DNA from: a virus | Strand: one strand, 5' to 3' | IMG/VR virus record: IMGVR_UViG_3300010352_001565 | Span: 115,055-179,054 of that record | Length of the DNA: 64,000 bases | Shown: piece by piece, positions 61,767-64,000 of the stretch | Numbering within the stretch: position 1 is the first letter of the stretch | How the letters are laid out: every line of letters starts with the position of its first letter | The notes under the pieces: generated by a model | Told to the model about the DNA's origin: nothing | What the model saw: the letters and a program-made list of their open reading frames with translations, nothing else | Databases searched by the model: none | Program-made: the position numbers and the translations under genes

Positions 61767-64000
61767 ATGGCATCAGAAAACTCATTACGCTACCTGAAAC
61801 TTGACTTCCAGTCCCACAAGGACGCTTTGATTCAACGCGTTCGGTCTCGGTGGCCAACCGTATGGAATGACTTCCTGGCTAACAGCCTTGGAATCCTGCT
61901 GATTGACATCATCGCCTGGTCAACTGCGACTTTGGCGTACGTCATCAACCGAGCTGCTGCCGAGAATTTCATCACTACGATGACCCTACGCGAATCGGCA
62001 ATACGGCTTGGGTCGTTTGTCGGCTACAACCTCAGGGGACCCACTCCGGCCACCCTGCAATGCGAGGTGGTGCTTCCTGGACCCGCCACGTCTCAAGTTA
62101 AGATCTCAAAGGGAACTCTGATCCGCGCCGGTGACGACGCTCTTCCGTTTGAAGTCATTCAGGACTACGCCATCATGGTTGGAAAGACCACGCCTGAAAA
62201 CACGGCGGCGGCGTTCTCGCAAGGGCTTACTGGAACAAAGACAGTGTCTAGTAACGTGGTTGTGACTGGCGGATCCGCGTACGTCGACGTGATCGACAGC
62301 ACCGTTGACCTCACCCAGCTCATCCAGCCTGGCATGACATTCAGAGTGAGCCCGTCAGTGGCCGGAGAGCAGATTTATACTGTTCAAGCCATCGAGTCGT
62401 CTCCTGGCGCTATCAGCAAAAATCGCATGGTCATTACTCCTCCATGGTCGGGTCAGATCGCTGACGCAGTTGAGGACGGGGCGACATCTGAAGTTCAGGC
62501 TGAAGTCTATGACAGGCGCATCGCCCTTATCCAGGGACAGACAATCTCTGATCGCTACGTCACGCCAGCTGTCGAAGTTCCTGGCTACACCGCCAAGCTG
62601 AGCCGCACACCCGTCATCGACGGGTCTGTTTCGGTTACTGTCAACGGCGAGGCGTGGACTCAAGTTCAATCTGTCCGAATCGAGCCTGGAGACTCGAAGG
62701 TTTATCAGGTCAGCACGCTCCCATCCGGGGATACCGTTGCGCAGTTCGGAGACGGACAGTTCGGGTCGATTGTACCCACTGAAGGTTCAGTGGTCATCAC
62801 TTATCGCATTGGCGGCGGCGTCGCTGGAAACCTTGCCATTGGCACGGTCAACACGTCCATCACGGCGACTTCAGGCAAAAACGTAATCAGCGTCACGCTT
62901 CGCAACGATACGTCCCAGGGGCAAGGCGGGCGCAACCCAGAAAGTCTTGAAGAAGCGCGCGTGAGCATTCCGTATCACATTCGCACAAATGGAAGGGCTG
63001 TTACTCTCGACGACTACCAGACGCTTGCTCAGCAGTACAGCCACCAGCAGTATGGGTCAGTGGCCTACGCCAGAGCGCACGTCCGCACTGAAAACTCGCT
63101 CCTTGAAGGAAACATCGTCTTCATCTACGCTTGGACGACTGGGGCGAGTGGACTGACCACTCTCCAACCTCAGCTGAAGACCGCGCTCAAGGAATATCTC
63201 CAAACCAAGGCAGTTGGAACAGACTACATCGTCATCGGTGACGGAACAAGCCGGCCTGTTCCACTGAGCCTTCGCTTCAAAACGTACAGCGGATTTGACG
63301 TGTTTGCAACCACTAACCTGGTCACAGACACTATTAAGAGCATGGTTGAGACCCTTCGCCCTGGAAGCCCACTGGTTTACTCTGATCTCGTCCGCAAGCT
63401 TGACGAGGTTTACGGAGTCGACTCGGTCAACATGGCCTCTCCTATTTCCGACCTCATGACCACAACTCCGATGGAGCTTTTCACGGCTCCTGACGACTCC
63501 TTCAACTATGTCTTGGACGCTGTTACCAACGAGGAAGACGGCACTGGGGGTTACTTCTCGCAGATGCCCGTCTCTCCGCTCCGCGCCTGGTCATTCCAAA
63601 TGTTCCTTAACGGATCGCAACTTACTGTCATCCCTCATACCATAGCGGGTCAGGCGCGCATCCTCTGTAACGGAATCATCGACGAGACCCGCGGCCCGTC
63701 TTATGTCAACCTCCTAACAGGAAAGATCAAATGGTACCCTGTTCAGTCTGGAAGCAAGCTGACGGTGCGCTTGATCTCGGTTCAAGGTTATGACCGCGAG
63801 CGCCCGATCGACGTTTTCATCGGGTACACTGGCGACAACACCATCGTCAAACGCCGCGAAATCAGGGCTGCTTTGAGGTCGTGGAGCGACAATCTGACGA
63901 TCGGTGGAGCAATGTTTGCTGGAGATCCTACGAACCTTCCGAACTACGACACCCACGGCATTCCAGCATCAATGAGCAACATCGCGGCAGTTGTGAAGGC
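61767..64000 (+). CDS. Baseplate J / gp6-like baseplate wedge protein (3' end beyond window)
   Basis: Open frame from ATG 61767 to window end, not in ORF track because no stop; contains IRTNGRAVTLDDYQTLA, the RAVT..DY..LA hallmark of Baseplate_J family. Confidence 0.65.
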   Translation, partial: MASENSLRYLKLDFQSHKDALIQRVRSRWPTVWNDFLANSLGILLIDIIAWSTATLAYVINRAAAENFITTMTLRESAIRLGSFVGYNLRGPTPATLQCEVVLPGPATSQVKISKGTLIRAGDDALPFEVIQDYAIMVGKTTPENTAAAFSQGLTGTKTVSSNVVVTGGSAYVDVIDSTVDLTQLIQPGMTFRVSPSVAGEQIYTVQAIESSPGAISKNRMVITPPWSGQIADAVEDGATSEVQAEVYDRRIALIQGQTISDRYVTPAVEVPGYTAKLSRTPVIDGSVSVTVNGEAWTQVQSVRIEPGDSKVYQVSTLPSGDTVAQFGDGQFGSIVPTEGSVVITYRIGGGVAGNLAIGTVNTSITATSGKNVISVTLRNDTSQGQGGRNPESLEEARVSIPYHIRTNGRAVTLDDYQTLAQQYSHQQYGSVAYARAHVRTENSLLEGNIVFIYAWTTGASGLTTLQPQLKTALKEYLQTKAVGTDYIVIGDGTSRPVPLSLRFKTYSGFDVFATTNLVTDTIKSMVETLRPGSPLVYSDLVRKLDEVYGVDSVNMASPISDLMTTTPMELFTAPDDSFNYVLDAVTNEEDGTGGYFSQMPVSPLRAWSFQMFLNGSQLTVIPHTIAGQARILCNGIIDETRGPSYVNLLTGKIKWYPVQSGSKLTVRLISVQGYDRERPIDVFIGYTGDNTIVKRREIRAALRSWSDNLTIGGAMFAGDPTNLPNYDTHGIPASMSNIAAVVK

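Noticed and set aside
1-64000. CRISPR arrays, tRNA genes, IS elements/transposases, integrase
   Set aside because: No regularly spaced direct repeats, no cloverleaf-like conserved tRNA features (GTTC/TTCGA loops in context), and no DDE/tyrosine-recombinase motifs were seen in any translation. I could not run tRNAscan, so small tRNAs cannot be fully excluded.

Overview
This 64-kb window is almost certainly a contiguous piece of a large virulent-type dsDNA phage genome. It ends in a partial Baseplate-J (gp6-like) gene, consistent with a myovirus-like phage. GC content is about 50-55%, coding is dense, about 100 genes lie on the + strand and only two clear genes on the - strand. I found no rRNA, tRNA, CRISPR or transposase signatures by eye.

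Two promoter classes organise the window, and both place the transcription start at or next to the start codon.
- The first is a repeated sigma70-type promoter, TTTACA-N16/18-TATAGT, often with TG at the extended -10 position. I found 15 copies. In 14 of them the ATG lies 6-8 nt after the -10 hexamer (ATG directly abuts the -10 in copy P14, whose assignment is uncertain), which implies leaderless early/middle mRNAs. Six copies also carry a conserved upstream 30-bp element, AAAATAGTTGCAAATAAATG. Three of these sit directly after rho-independent terminators.
- The second is a -35-less motif, TAGTTA-N4-ATG/GTG. I found 12 copies, in front of structural or late-looking genes, with one exception inside the modification island (43378). 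It resembles the T4 gp55-type late promoter logic.

Gene content falls into four blocks.
- 0-28 kb, early and nucleotide-metabolism region: small acidic proteins, DHFR, thioredoxin, a DEDDh exonuclease, a patatin-like phospholipase, a SpoT-like HD hydrolase, and a P-loop protein with an ACP-like segment.
- 13.7-17.9 kb and 49.6-51.4 kb: two paralogous large proteins that share a roughly 450-aa N-terminal module.
- 28-41 kb, structural and secreted module: an FN3-repeat protein, a 930-aa Ig-like-repeat protein, a lipoprotein, Sec-signal proteins, two tandem secreted S1 (trypsin-like) proteases, a dual-specificity phosphatase and a GcvH-like lipoyl-carrier protein.
- 41-62 kb, an unusual enzyme island: three paralogous GS-like amidoligases, an RfaE-II/HldE-like sugar-phosphate nucleotidyltransferase, a GT11/23-like glycosyltransferase (- strand), a DUF5672+GT90 glycosyltransferase, an AAA+ ATPase, a metallophosphoesterase (- strand), a SAM methyltransferase, a minimal ligase-like nucleotidyltransferase, a canonical ThyA, a second divergent ThyA-family paralog, and a fused P-loop dNMP-kinase/UDG-fold protein.

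I interpret the 41-62 kb island as a candidate, compositionally novel DNA hypermodification and/or glycosylation system of the 5-hmdU hypermodification type. All functional calls are from motif-level reading of the translations. No database search was run.
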